From positions 29,636,001-29,700,000 of the forward strand of contig NC_043003.1 of the NCBI RefSeq assembly GCF_006345805.1: a stretch of DNA of 64,000 nucleotides, written 5' to 3'. The DNA comes from Octopus sinensis (taxonomy: Eukaryota). The position numbers and the translations under genes are program-made. Every line of letters starts with the position of its first letter. The first letter of the stretch is position 1. The notes under the pieces were generated by a model that made no database searches, was not told where the DNA came from, and saw only the letters and a program-made list of their open reading frames with translations. Shown here in pieces: positions 1-10,865 of this stretch.

Positions 1-17
1 ATTTTTCAGTGTTTTGC

Positions 18-128
18 TTATTTCTATAACAATACATTTTGGTAGTTGTAGTATACTGCATCTACACAAGTTCTTTGTGTAGATGTGTGGTACACTACAA
101 CTATCAAAATATATTATTATAGAAATAA
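18..128. repeat. Imperfect ~110-bp palindrome (hairpin/MITE-like)
   Basis: ttatttctataacaatacatttttggtagttgtagtatactgcatctacacaag is mirrored by tttgtgtagatgtgtggtacactacaactatcaaaatatattattatagaaataa. Confidence 0.7.
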
Positions 129-659
129 CAAAAATGGCAAACACATCTGCACCTATGATGCACCACAACTGTTTGTACAACTTCTCACCTGCAAGGTTCC
201 AGTGCATGATAGGTGGAAATGATTGTAGTGCATAATAGGTGGAAATGATTGTAGTGAATAAATGAATTCCATTTTCTTTTTCTCATATTTTTATAAACTC
301 TATGGACACAAATTCCTGAAATAAATCCAATTGTTTGTACCTCCATATTGTCTACTGTACCAAGATTACTTTTCTGTTGCACTTCACCCCAACTTTTCTG
401 CACTTTCATTCATCTCCTACTCTCCAACCCATATGTATCATTGGTAACCCCCCACCCCTTTTCCATCATTCATTACACCCACCCCTTAACCCTACCCAAT
501 CTTTGCAGTTGTCACCTACTCTTCCCTGCCTTCATTAATCATCATCCCTCAACATTATTTTTCATTTATTATATTCACTCTCTCATCCATTCCACATTTT
601 TAATCACCTCTCACTCTCTAATACTCTCTTGCAACTTGCACCCAACCCTGTTCTCCTGT

Positions 660-1110
660 CCCCACTCACATCTATTCACCTTATACTTTGAGGATTGACC
701 TTGACACCACATCACTACTACTTTTATCTCTCTCCTGTTCCACATCTGACACTTCCACCCTCCCTTCTATATTGTGAGTGGCTATGTAGCTCCTCTACAG
801 CAAAAAAACCTGTTCTGATCCTTTCTCTTACATTTTAACTTCTCCTCTCCTAGCATAAAGCTGCCTCCCTCTTTACCACACCACTTCTCAATTGAAAGGT
901 ATCTTACTCTTGCCAACTGCATGGTGATTTCACTAGTGTTGTACTACTAAAAAAGCACCTAATACATGCTGAAAAGTGATTGACATTAGGAAGAGAGCCC
1001 AGTCATAAAAACTGTGCCAAAGCACACATTGGAGTATTTTGCAGTTCACAAACCTATCAAGTCTTGATAAACCATCCAACACATGCCAGCATGGAATATG
1101 GACAAGATGA
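660..1110 (+). mobile_element. Degenerate RTE-family 3' UTR fragment
   Basis: Ends in ccatccaacacatgccagcatggaatatggacaagatgat, a decayed version of the RTE 3' terminus seen many times in this window; resembles 57660-58080. Confidence 0.5.
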
Positions 1111-1557
1111 TATATTAGCTCAGATTTAGGGAAGATTGAATTTTCCCTTTTGGTTTTATATTGCATGTAGCTGCCTATGTTCTTTTGTAATTTTCACATC
1201 AGCATTTTCTAACTCAGCCATGAATTTATATGGTAAATATATATATACTGACAATCTGGATTTAGCCAAACCATTCAGCGATGGAGTAGTCACTGTTGAT
1301 GAGTCTGCAATTTTACAAATAAAACTCATCTAGTCCAGTGATCTAGCCTTGCTTATGGGATGGTAATCTCCCCTATCACTGTATAAAAATGTGCTTCCTT
1401 GCAGTTCTAAGGGTTTTAACTCTTATAGCATCTTCAGTCACATTTAGTGACAATTGAATCTTCCTTGTTGGTTTTATATTACATATGGCTATCTACATTT
1501 TACATGGCAATTGAATCTTCCTTATTGGTTTTATATTACACATGTCTATCTACATTT

Positions 1558-1599
<42 letters not shown>

Positions 1600-1807
1600 A
1601 TATATATCATCAGTTGTTCGTATATCTTCTATCTGAAAAAGAAACACACTCTAGGAATCTTTGATTCTGAGTTGCCTTTACTACTAAACACTTTATAAGT
1701 CACTCCAGGACCAGTCGTAACTTTTAACTTCTTAAAATATATATACATATATACGAGTGAGTGGACAAATGAAAGAAGGGCACTCAACAATTTATTGGGA
1801 GTTTCAT

Positions 1808-2452
1808 GTATGGATCAAAACAGTCTGATTCAAATTCATTGGTACTCTTGAGTATGAACGAATTTGAATCGTCAGCCATTTTGAATTTGAATGACAGAAG
1901 TTGATTGTTATTACTGTAAGGTGGGCTGTGATTGATCAAGAAAGGTCATGCAGTGTTGTGGTTTGATGTTGATACATGGGTACATGCATGTGAATATAAA
2001 TATGTACATATGAACGAATATGCATGTGTGTGTGTATGCATGTATGAGTGCATGTGTGTATATGCATGTGTATGTTTGTGCATGTGTATGCATGTGTATT
2101 CATTTAATTGTGTGTGTGTGTGTGTGCAGACATGTGCATGCATGCTCATATACAGATGTGCACACTCACATCAATATACACATATAAGCGCATCTACACA
2201 CCCACATATAGAATTATATACTTGCACATGCCGCCCATTCCTACTTCCACCCCCAACAACCTGGCTGATTTTCTGAACACCACGTAGTCTATTTCCTGTT
2301 CACTATATGGTATTTTCCAATTAACTGTTATGCATATACCAACATCAGACCACAACATCATGTGACCTTCTGTGACCAATCACAGCCCACCTTATGGTAA
2401 TAACAATCAACTTCTGTCATTCAAATTCAAAATGGCTGATGACTGTTTTGAT

Positions 2453-2458
<6 letters not shown>
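1808..2458. repeat. Inverted-repeat (foldback/MITE-like) element with CA/TG-rich spacer
   Basis: About 1808-1985 is the reverse complement of about 2325-2458 (gtcagccattttgaatttgaatgacagaagttgattgttatta vs taataacaatcaacttctgtcattcaaattcaaaatggctgatgac). Confidence 0.75.
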
Positions 2459-2502
<44 letters not shown>

Positions 2503-2519
2503 TTATATATAATAATAAT

Positions 2520-3025
2520 ATTAGGGAGTATAACTCCAAACTGACAGGGCAAAATTCAATTTAGTATTAAATCAAATTTCACAATATAAATATATAAAAT
2601 ATAAATTAGAGATAAAGCCACTATTATGCAACTCAAACAGTGATAGACATAAACTAAAACATAAATAACAAATAAAAAATATTTTTATAAAACATATAAC
2701 TAGATCTCAAAAAGTATAAAAATGAATAATCAATATATAATAAGTAAAAAACTACATATGTTTCATGGCTACAATTAAATTCGAATTACAATTAAATTTA
2801 AATTTGATTGAAATAGATTCAATTTAAAATTATAGTCAATCTATTAATAATAATAGTTAAATAAATAAGCAAATAGAGTTAAACAATATTTATTTTAAAA
2901 ATAAATAAAATATTTTTTCTTATAGAAAAAACTCCATTAACTAAAATTGAAACTTAAAACATTAGGATTATTTCCTACAACACATTTATTATGTTAAATA
3001 TTTAATATTTAAGGTAAAAAAAAAA

Positions 3026-3057
<32 letters not shown>

Positions 3058-4020
3058 ATAAATAGATAGAAATATGTATTTATCTGTGAGGATATAATTT
3101 AGCTTAAAAAACATTAATAAACTATCGGATATCTTTAACTCAGTTATACTCCAATATTTAATTACCAAATTATTTAACAAAATAATCACTATTAATATTT
3201 TTAGATTTTAGCATGCATATAATAATTATAGAATAATAAATACATAAAAATAAGTATCTAAATTATAATCAACAAATATAGTAATTAAAAATCTAAAATT
3301 TTTTCTGTCAATAAATGTATAAACATATAACCAAAAATAAATTAGTCCATTATTACTTACATAAATATTATAGATATCTATAGAAAATATTTATGAAATA
3401 CAATTTAAGAATTGAAAAATTCAAATTAAAAATGTATAACCTATCTTTATAAAATACTTATTATTATTATCATCACTATTATCATCACTATTATCAAAAA
3501 CATTTTACGATCTATATCGCAAAGTGACTAACTAATATCTTAAAATTTATGTTCAGATATAATAATTATATACTAATAATAATTAAATAAATGTACATAT
3601 CTAAATTATCATTAACAAATAAAAACATTATAAATTCAAATTTAACAATCAATAGTTATATAGAATACAATAATATTTCTTAAATAAAAAAGTTTACTTA
3701 TCTCTTGAAAAGCATGTCATTTTAATGACACGCTTTTCGAGAGATAAGTAAACTTTCATATATTATATCTTGACATATCATATTATAACATTTTATCGTA
3801 ACATATTTTTTTATTCAGCCATATTCTCTCTTTCTAGTCATGTCATATATATTTTACGATGTCACATCATGTCTGGCTATATCCTACCATATTTTATGAT
3901 CATTCATCATCAAATATGCTTGCTTGTTCTTGTTTGTTTTTAAACATATTTAACCATACCATAATTCTTGTTGTGTTACCTTTAACATTATGTATTTTAA
4001 TGCCATACATAATGTATCAG
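2520..4020 (+). mobile_element. Extremely AT-rich decayed element, probably Penelope-like (GIY-YIG remnant), with a near-perfect 68-nt hairpin at 3689-3756
   Basis: Vestigial motifs in Penelope endonuclease order: KCITYLYK (~3431), IYIAK*..FMFRYNNY (~3510-3575), LNKK (~3680). Flanked by (TA)n and (CAT)n. Confidence 0.4.
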
Positions 4021-4334
4021 CATCATCATCATCATCATCATTGTCTTAATGTCCACCTTTCTATGCTTGAATGGGTCAAATGAAATTCATTGAGGAAGAT
4101 TTTCTATGGTTGGATGCCTTTCCTGTTACCAACCCTAACTTGTTCCCAAGCAACATAATATTTCCTCATGGCAGGACATGTTTTCAGGAATAATTGGAAT
4201 TGACATCACTTGTATGACAGAGACACTCACAAGTATTACATAATGTCAAGACAAGGGGACACAAACACATGCATACATACATACATTCATACTTGCATGC
4301 ATGTATACACACACGCAAGCACACACACACACAC

Positions 4335-4825
4335 ATGCACATGCACGCACACGCATGCACACAAATGTGTGTGACGACCTTCTTTCAGTTTCTGCCTACC
4401 AAATCCAGTACACATCTCATAAGGCTTTGGTTGATTCAGGGCTATAGTAGTGGACTCTCGCCCAAATTGTCATGCAATGGGAATGAACCTGAAACCATGT
4501 GGTTTGGAAGCAAACCTCTTAGTCACTCAGTCATGCCTGTGTCTATAATATCATATATATATATATGCATACACACACACAACACACACATGCACATGCA
4601 CGCACACGCATGCACACAAATGTGTGTGACGACCTTCTTTCAGTTTCTGCCTACCAAATCCAGTACACATCTCATAAGGCTTTGGTTGATTCAGGGCTAT
4701 AGTAGTGGACTCTCGCCCAAATTGTCATGCAATGGGAATGAACCTGAAACCATGTGGTTTGGAAGCAAACCTCTTAGTCACTCAGTCATGCCTGTGTCTA
4801 TAATATCATATATATATATATGCAT

Positions 4826-4835
<10 letters not shown>
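4335..4835. repeat. Perfect tandem duplication, 255-bp unit x2, bounded by CA/TA microsatellites; unit includes a reversed SINE-head fragment
   Basis: atgcacatgcacgcacacgc at 4335 and 4590; the ORF-track translation repeats an identical block with an 85-aa period. Confidence 0.9.
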
Positions 4836-4857
<22 letters not shown>

Positions 4858-5020
4858 TATTTAAAACAGTTTGATTTGGTCCCATGCTACTTCAAGTTTT
4901 GCAATCCCCTAATAGGAGCCCAACTCCTTCAGGCATTTCAGGGGCTTGAAGGAATTGGGCTCCTGTTAGGGGCCTGTGAAACTTGAAGTAGCATGGAACC
5001 AAATCAAACTGTTTTAAATA
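4858..5020. mobile_element. Hairpin MITE, TA-flanked (Tc1/mariner-like)
   Basis: tatttaaaacagtttgatttggtcccatgctacttcaagttt pairs with aaacttgaagtagcatggaaccaaatcaaactgttttaaata; inner arms also pair. Confidence 0.75.
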
Positions 5021-5077
5021 AACCATGTAACTCCTACTAAATGTGCTGAGTACCCTTTTCTTTCATTTGTCCACTCA

Positions 5078-5130
<53 letters not shown>

Positions 5131-6135
5131 CATCATCATCATCATCATCATCATCATCGTTTAACGTCTGCTTTCCTTGCTGGCACGCGTTGGACAGTTT
5201 GATATGGAGCTGGTCAGCTGGGATCTGTCCAGGCTCCAATTGTCTCTTGTGACATAGTCTCTATGGCTGGATGCCCTTCCTAATGCCAGCCACTTAACAG
5301 AATGTGCTTGGTGCTATTTACGTGTCACCAGTATGGGTATATTTACACAACAGCCGCATGGGTACAGTTATGCAGCATCAGTATGAGTGCCTTTTATATG
5401 GCACCAAAACCTGAAAGGACCAGCCTGTATGTGTGGAAGACAGTGATTTTATTTAGCGTGATGCATCTTATCAAGTACAGCAAATCGTCACACCTCCCAG
5501 TCCCTTGTCATTCCCTCAGTGAGGACCAGTGTCTGAAGATCCTTTCATACCACTTTGTGCTACATCTTCCTGGGTCTACCTCTTCTACACATACCCTCAA
5601 TAATTAGAGCTCAACACTTCTTTACACTGCTGTCCTTATTCATACACATCACATGACTAAACCAGCTCTGTCTTCTCTCTTATACATAGCATCTGATGCC
5701 TATTATACCAAGTTTACCTCTTAAATCATTTACAATCTGTCATGTATTCACACTGACATTACCCATCCAGTGGAGCATGCTAACTTCATTTCTTTCAATC
5801 CTTTACAAGTCCTCAGTAATGAAAGCATCATACAATCTGCCTTTCACTCTGAGGGAGAGGCCCTTAGTTTCCAACAAAGGTAGAAGCTCTCTGAACTTTA
5901 CCCAACACGTTCATATTCTAGCAACTACACTTTCAGAACTTTCTCCACCACTGCTAACTTAGTTTCCATTCTCCATTAATCTTCTTGTGATACCATTACA
6001 CCTCTTATGTTTCCAAAGCTTGTACTGGGTACAACATATGGAGTTTCTACCAACATCCTTCTTACATACTGAGCAGAGTAATCTCCCAGAAGGTACTTGG
6101 GATTTGACTGTTTTCCTATTTACTAGGACTTTAGT
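5131..6135 (-). mobile_element. 5'-truncated RTE LINE (RT C-terminus plus 3' UTR, (GAT)n tail)
   Basis: Minus strand encodes CSVCKKDVGRNSI...HKRC and GLSLRVKGRLYDA; 3' end appears as catcatcatcgtttaacgtc. Confidence 0.85.
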
Positions 6136-6476
6136 TTTTTCTAAATTATATATATATATATATATATATATTGCAACATCATACCTTGTTTTGTTGAACC
6201 ATTTCTTATATTTTATGAGTGATGAAATAGCAAAATCAGGAGAGTACTTGATTAAATGCCTTGCAGTATTAAGTTAAAGCTGTTCTGAGTTCAATTCCTG
6301 CCAAAATCAAATTTCTTTCATCATCATCATCATCATCATCGTTTCATGTATTGATTAAATAAATACCAGTCATATATGGATGGAGAGTGTAGATATAATT
6401 GACTGTTCTCATCCTCAAACTTTTCCATGTCATAATGTCAGTTCTCTCTCTGTTTCAGTGATCTCCCTTGTCACAG

Positions 6477-6946
6477 CTGACAAACGATCCTATGATCGGA
6501 ATCCATCGCGGTACAATGAACTAGGAGGACGTGACCGTTCAGATGACAGAAGTCAAATGGGTAACCCACATGATGACAGAGATCGAAGAGGCAATGCACG
6601 AGATGATCGTGGCGATCGTGGTGATCGAGTTGACCGAGACCGAGACCGAGACCGAGACCGTGGGAGCCGTGATGACCGTCATGATCGCATGGATCACAGT
6701 GACACGGATGACCACAACGACCGTGACACTGTCTATAACACCATTGTCAATCCCAATGAGCGTGGCATCAGCCATAGTCCAGATGATGGTCATAACCATG
6801 GATATACTCATAACTCTGACCATGAGGACAACACCCGGGCCAATAAACATGGTAAGGAGAATGGTGGTGCTTCAATTGGATCCCAACTCTCTTGGTTCCA
6901 AAGGATTGTGTTGGCTGGAACATCACTACTGATGGTTGTTATGTAA
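6477..6946 (+). CDS. Terminal coding exon of an unidentified gene: Arg/Asp/His-rich region plus C-terminal GPI-anchor-signal-like hydrophobic tail
   Basis: Pyrimidine-rich acceptors tttcag (6458) and tcacag (6476), both phase 1. Frame is open to TAA at 6944-6946. GC-richer than flanks, with varied synonymous codons. Ends NGGASIGSQLSWFQRIVLAGTSLLMVVM*. Upstream exons not found in the window. Confidence 0.75.
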
Positions 6947-7033
6947 GGGAATGATTTCCACCACCACCATCATCCCCACCACAACATACACATAGTGAAC
7001 AGTAGGGAGTGCATAATATACATATATACATAC

Positions 7034-7087
<54 letters not shown>

Positions 7088-7556
7088 ATACATGTATGTG
7101 TATATATAAGAGACAGGTCCTTTATTGGATCATATGTAACCGGGGAAGCTACCATTTTAAAGTTTCCTCATTAGTGGACTGTTTGTAGGAAATCATAGAT
7201 TTGAGTGTTAGTTTTGTATAGAACATCGTTTCCTCCTGCCCCCTCTTCTCTGATCCTCTGTGCAGGTCACTTTTTCAGATCAACTCAGTGTTTAATACAT
7301 GAGTATTAGTGTGTACAGTAATGTGTTATCGTGTTTAATGTATACCACTGTGTTTTAGCTCATCTATGTTAGGGTATATAATTCTGAATATTATTATGTA
7401 TTAAAGATTTTAATAATTATTGTGTAGCTGTAATCTTACAATGTACTAGTATATAACCTGTACACCAAAGGACTATTAAAGAATCCATCAAATGTAACAG
7501 AATGGCTTTTGTTCTTTTTTGTTCTTCTTTTAATTCTTTCTGTCTTTGTTCCTTGG

Positions 7557-7589
<33 letters not shown>

Positions 7590-7594
7590 CACAG

Positions 7595-7694
7595 AGAAAG
7601 CCTTTAAGTGGCTTTGGATAAAGAAGGCAGACCAATGGTTTGCTGCTACTTGGTTGCAAGCTGGGATTTGATAAAAACTAGCTCGGTCAACTAG
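7595..7694 (+). other. Candidate 100-nt exon
   Basis: About 30-nt poly-T plus cacag acceptor ending 7594; donor ctag|gtaagg at 7695. Phase-1 reading gives KAFKWLWIKKADQWFAATWLQAGI*. Confidence 0.35.
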
Positions 7695-8158
7695 GTAAGG
7701 GGGTTCTGATGCTGAAAGATCTTTACCACCTAGGACTCCAGGAATATCACTGACAATGCATGTCATAGTATCTGTAAAATGTATCTTAAAACCAAACATG
7801 ATTCTCATTCGGATCAACAACAAACTTAACCAAAAATAATAATGTTAATAACAAAAAGAGCAAGAACATTGACAACAACAATGACAACAACCACAACAGA
7901 GGGACTTAAATTTAGGTCTGCCATCAGCCCTATGATTCTTAAGACCAAAGTTTGACCTGGTTTGCATGGCATTTAAGTTACTCAGATTGCAACCACTTTC
8001 ACTGGTTTGTTTGGGAATTAACTTCCTGGCAATTGGTGGAACTCATTTACAGCTGAATGAACTGATGCAACATGAAATGAAATGTTTCACTCGAGAGTAC
8101 ACCTCACTGCCCAGTCTGAGAATTGAAACCCAATTTTATGATAGTGAGTACATCTTAG

Positions 8159-10058
8159 GGTTAACCACCAGTTTCTGACCTGGCAAAAAAATGAAAAAAA
8201 ATTGTGTAATAGGTGTAAAACAATATGTAGTAAATGAATATGCAAACGAAGAATGTGCACTGGTGAATAAGGGGGAGACGACTCAGAATGGGAGAGATGA
8301 TTCAGAATGGGAGAGACAACTCAGAGGGATGACTCAGAATGGGAGAGACGACTTGGAATGGGAGAGATGACTCAGAATGGGAGAGACGACTTGGAATGGG
8401 AGAGACGACTCAGAAAGATGATTCAGAATGGGAGAGGCAACTCAGAGAGATGACTCGGAATGGGAGAGATGACTCAGAATGGGAGAGACAACTCAGAATG
8501 GGAGAGATGACTTGGAAAAATCACATCGGGAATGTTCCAAGTCCTCTCACCACTTCTCTGTTTGTCGGTGCTAATTTTTTTCTTCATATTCATTTACTAC
8601 GCATTATTTTATACCTAGTACATTATTTTTTTTCAATTTTTGTGATGGGGGTGGGTGGGATGCAGACTCAGATAATTCACATGATCCAGTAACCCGAATT
8701 TGACACCCAGCCACCAAAAGAAAAAAGAAAAAGTGCAATAGGTGTAAAATAATGTGTACTAAATGATGATGAAAAAAAATGTGCACTGGCAAACAGCGGG
8801 GTAAGGACAAGACTCAGAAAATTCACACAAACTCACAGGATCCAGAAACTCAATGTTAACACCCAGTCACAAAAATGAAAAGCAGTGGAAAGTTTTGTAA
8901 TTAGGGGCAGAGTAGGGGTGAATATTTAAAAGAATTTGCAGTGCGTAAGATGTTTGTAAGCAATTCCAGAACAACAAAAACCATTAGTTTCACTACAACA
9001 TTTAAATTTCATTTGTGTCTAAATATTTTCATTCTTTGAAACCACAACAAAACCCTGACAAAAATTCGTGCTACATCTGTTTTGTCTGTGAACAAGTTGC
9101 GGTTTCAAAGCAACAAAAATATTTAGACACAAATGAGATTTAAAAAGTTGCAGTGAAACTAACGGTTTTTGCTTTTTTTTTGTTTTTCTTTTTTTGTTTT
9201 TTCTTATTCTTCAATGGTTTACAAACATCTATGCTGCAATTGTTTCTGTTAATACCATTATACAGAAGACAGAATTGAAAACATTTTGTGTGCATATTTT
9301 TGTTTTCATCTTTGTTTACAGCATAGATAATTTTTCCTCTGAAATGCCTCCTTTGGCCTCCAGGACACATTGGTCAGCCCGAGGCTATAGTTGAAGATAT
9401 TTGCCCAAGGTGCCATGCAGTGAGACTGAACCCAGAACCATGTGGTTGGGAAGAATATCCATTTTCTTGAGGGAAAAAATCAGATTGTGTGAATTTTCCT
9501 GGTCCTCTCCCCACTCTTGTTCGCCAGCACAGACTTTTTTTCATATTCGTTTACTACATGTTGCTTTACACCTATTACACTATCTTCTTTTCATTTTTGT
9601 GACCGAGTGTTAACTTCGAGTTTTCGGATCCTGTGAGTTTTAACACGTGAATTTTCTGTGAGTCCTGTCCTCACCCCACCCCATTTGCCAGCGCACATGT
9701 TTTTCATAATCGTTTAGTACACATTATTTTACACCTATTGCACTTTTTTTTTTGGTGGGTCATGTGAATTATCTGAATCTGCACCCCACCCACCCTCATC
9801 ACAAAAATTGTACTAGGAATAAAATAATGTGTTGTAAACAAAGATGAAGAAAAAAATTGCACTGACAAACAGGGAAGTGGTGAGAGGACTTGGAACATTC
9901 CCAAAGTGAATTTTCTAAGTCGTCTTTCTCCCCAACCCCATTCGCTAGCGTGCATTTTTTTTTTTTCTTTTTGCATATTCATTTACTCCATGTTGTTTTA
10001 CACCTATTACACTATTTAAAAAAATTTTTTTGCCCGGGTCAGAAATTGGAGATTAACC
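8159..10058. mobile_element. 1.9-kb foldback DNA transposon derivative with long modular inverted arms and 8-bp TSD
   Basis: TSD catcttag at 8151-8158 and 10059-10066. Termini ggttaaccaccagtttctgacc and ggtcagaaattggagattaacc. Left arm ~8159-8880 is inverted relative to ~9480-10058. Confidence 0.8.
8272..8515 (+). repeat. Minisatellite (~19-bp unit gactcagaatgggagagat) inside the foldback left arm
   Basis: About 12 degenerate tandem units; perfect TGACTCA at 8330, 8368 and 8470. Confidence 0.9.
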
Positions 10059-10439
10059 CATCTTAGCCACTAGGCAACAAGCCTTCACAGTATCAAACAG
10101 TGAGAACAGCCAAAAAAAAGAAAAATACAATGAGAATATCGAAATCAACAAGAACAAAAAGCATGAGAATATCAATAACAATAACAATAATAAAATTTAG
10201 AACCTCAAGAATTTTGTCAGAAACATTAGTAACAGTGAGAACATCAGAAGCAACAATAATAACAACAAAAAGAAGATAAAAAAACAGCAATGAATCTTTG
10301 GAGCAGACTTAATTTGAAAAAAATATTTTGATATCAGTGATGAAACTTAAGCTAAGAACAGTTGTACTAAAGATAACAGTTGAATTAATGTGAGTTACAC
10401 AAATGTCTATGATGTAAAGCTGTTACAAAGACACCATTA

Positions 10440-10860
10440 AGGGCTTTTTTGGACGACCTTACTCTTTTATCAGAAAGTAGGGAAGCAGCAGAGGGAACGT
10501 TAGAGCAGTTGGACGAAGTGATAGGATGGGCAAGAATGAAATTCAAAGCCAAAAAACCTCGCTGGGGCTGCCTGCTGGAGCTTAGCAGCAGGTATTCAAA
10601 GGGAAATTTGACAAGACACTCAGTCGCCCACTAACACTCGTTGACGCTACATCGAAGAGGCCAGGGAACAGAAGAAAGAAGGAGAAAGAAGACATGCACC
10701 CAACACCAGAGCTGAAGACACCTCCAAAAGGCGGGGGTGCCATGTCAAAACGGTAGAGGAGTAGGGGCCGAAACCGGACGTGGTTCCTCCTGATGATATC
10801 TTGAGCTAACTGGATCCTATAAAGGAGCTGTTGTGGTAGCAGACCACGAAACACGGTTGA
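10440..10860 (+). mobile_element. HERO-like (R2 superfamily, RLE-type) non-LTR retrotransposon remnant, internally deleted
   Basis: RAFLDDLTLLSESREAAEGTLEQLDEVIGWARMKFKAKK matches the AFMDD...WARMxFKxxK RT signature of HERO/NeSL-type elements. Downstream YIEEAREQKKE resembles the RLE region. Confidence 0.6.
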
Positions 10861-10865
10861 AATGC

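Noticed and set aside
2520-4020. Mitochondrial insertion (NUMT), or a hammerhead ribozyme at the 3689-3756 hairpin
   Set aside because: No recognisable mitochondrial protein, rRNA or tRNA sequence; no CUGAnGA/GAAA hammerhead core in the hairpin
4269-4874. 201-aa ORF with an internal repeat
   Set aside because: Product of CA/TA microsatellites plus the 255-bp duplication; no domain or splice support
6531-6932. Overlapping ORFs in another + frame and on the - strand (6539-6850)
   Set aside because: Shadow frames caused by GAC/CGA/GAT codon repetition in the RD exon
7417-7823. Minus-strand Lys-rich ORFs
   Set aside because: Poly-Lys derives from the genomic poly-T run; no recognisable homology
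8272-8515. CRISPR-like array
   Set aside because: Units are contiguous with no unique spacers; eukaryotic context; no cas genes
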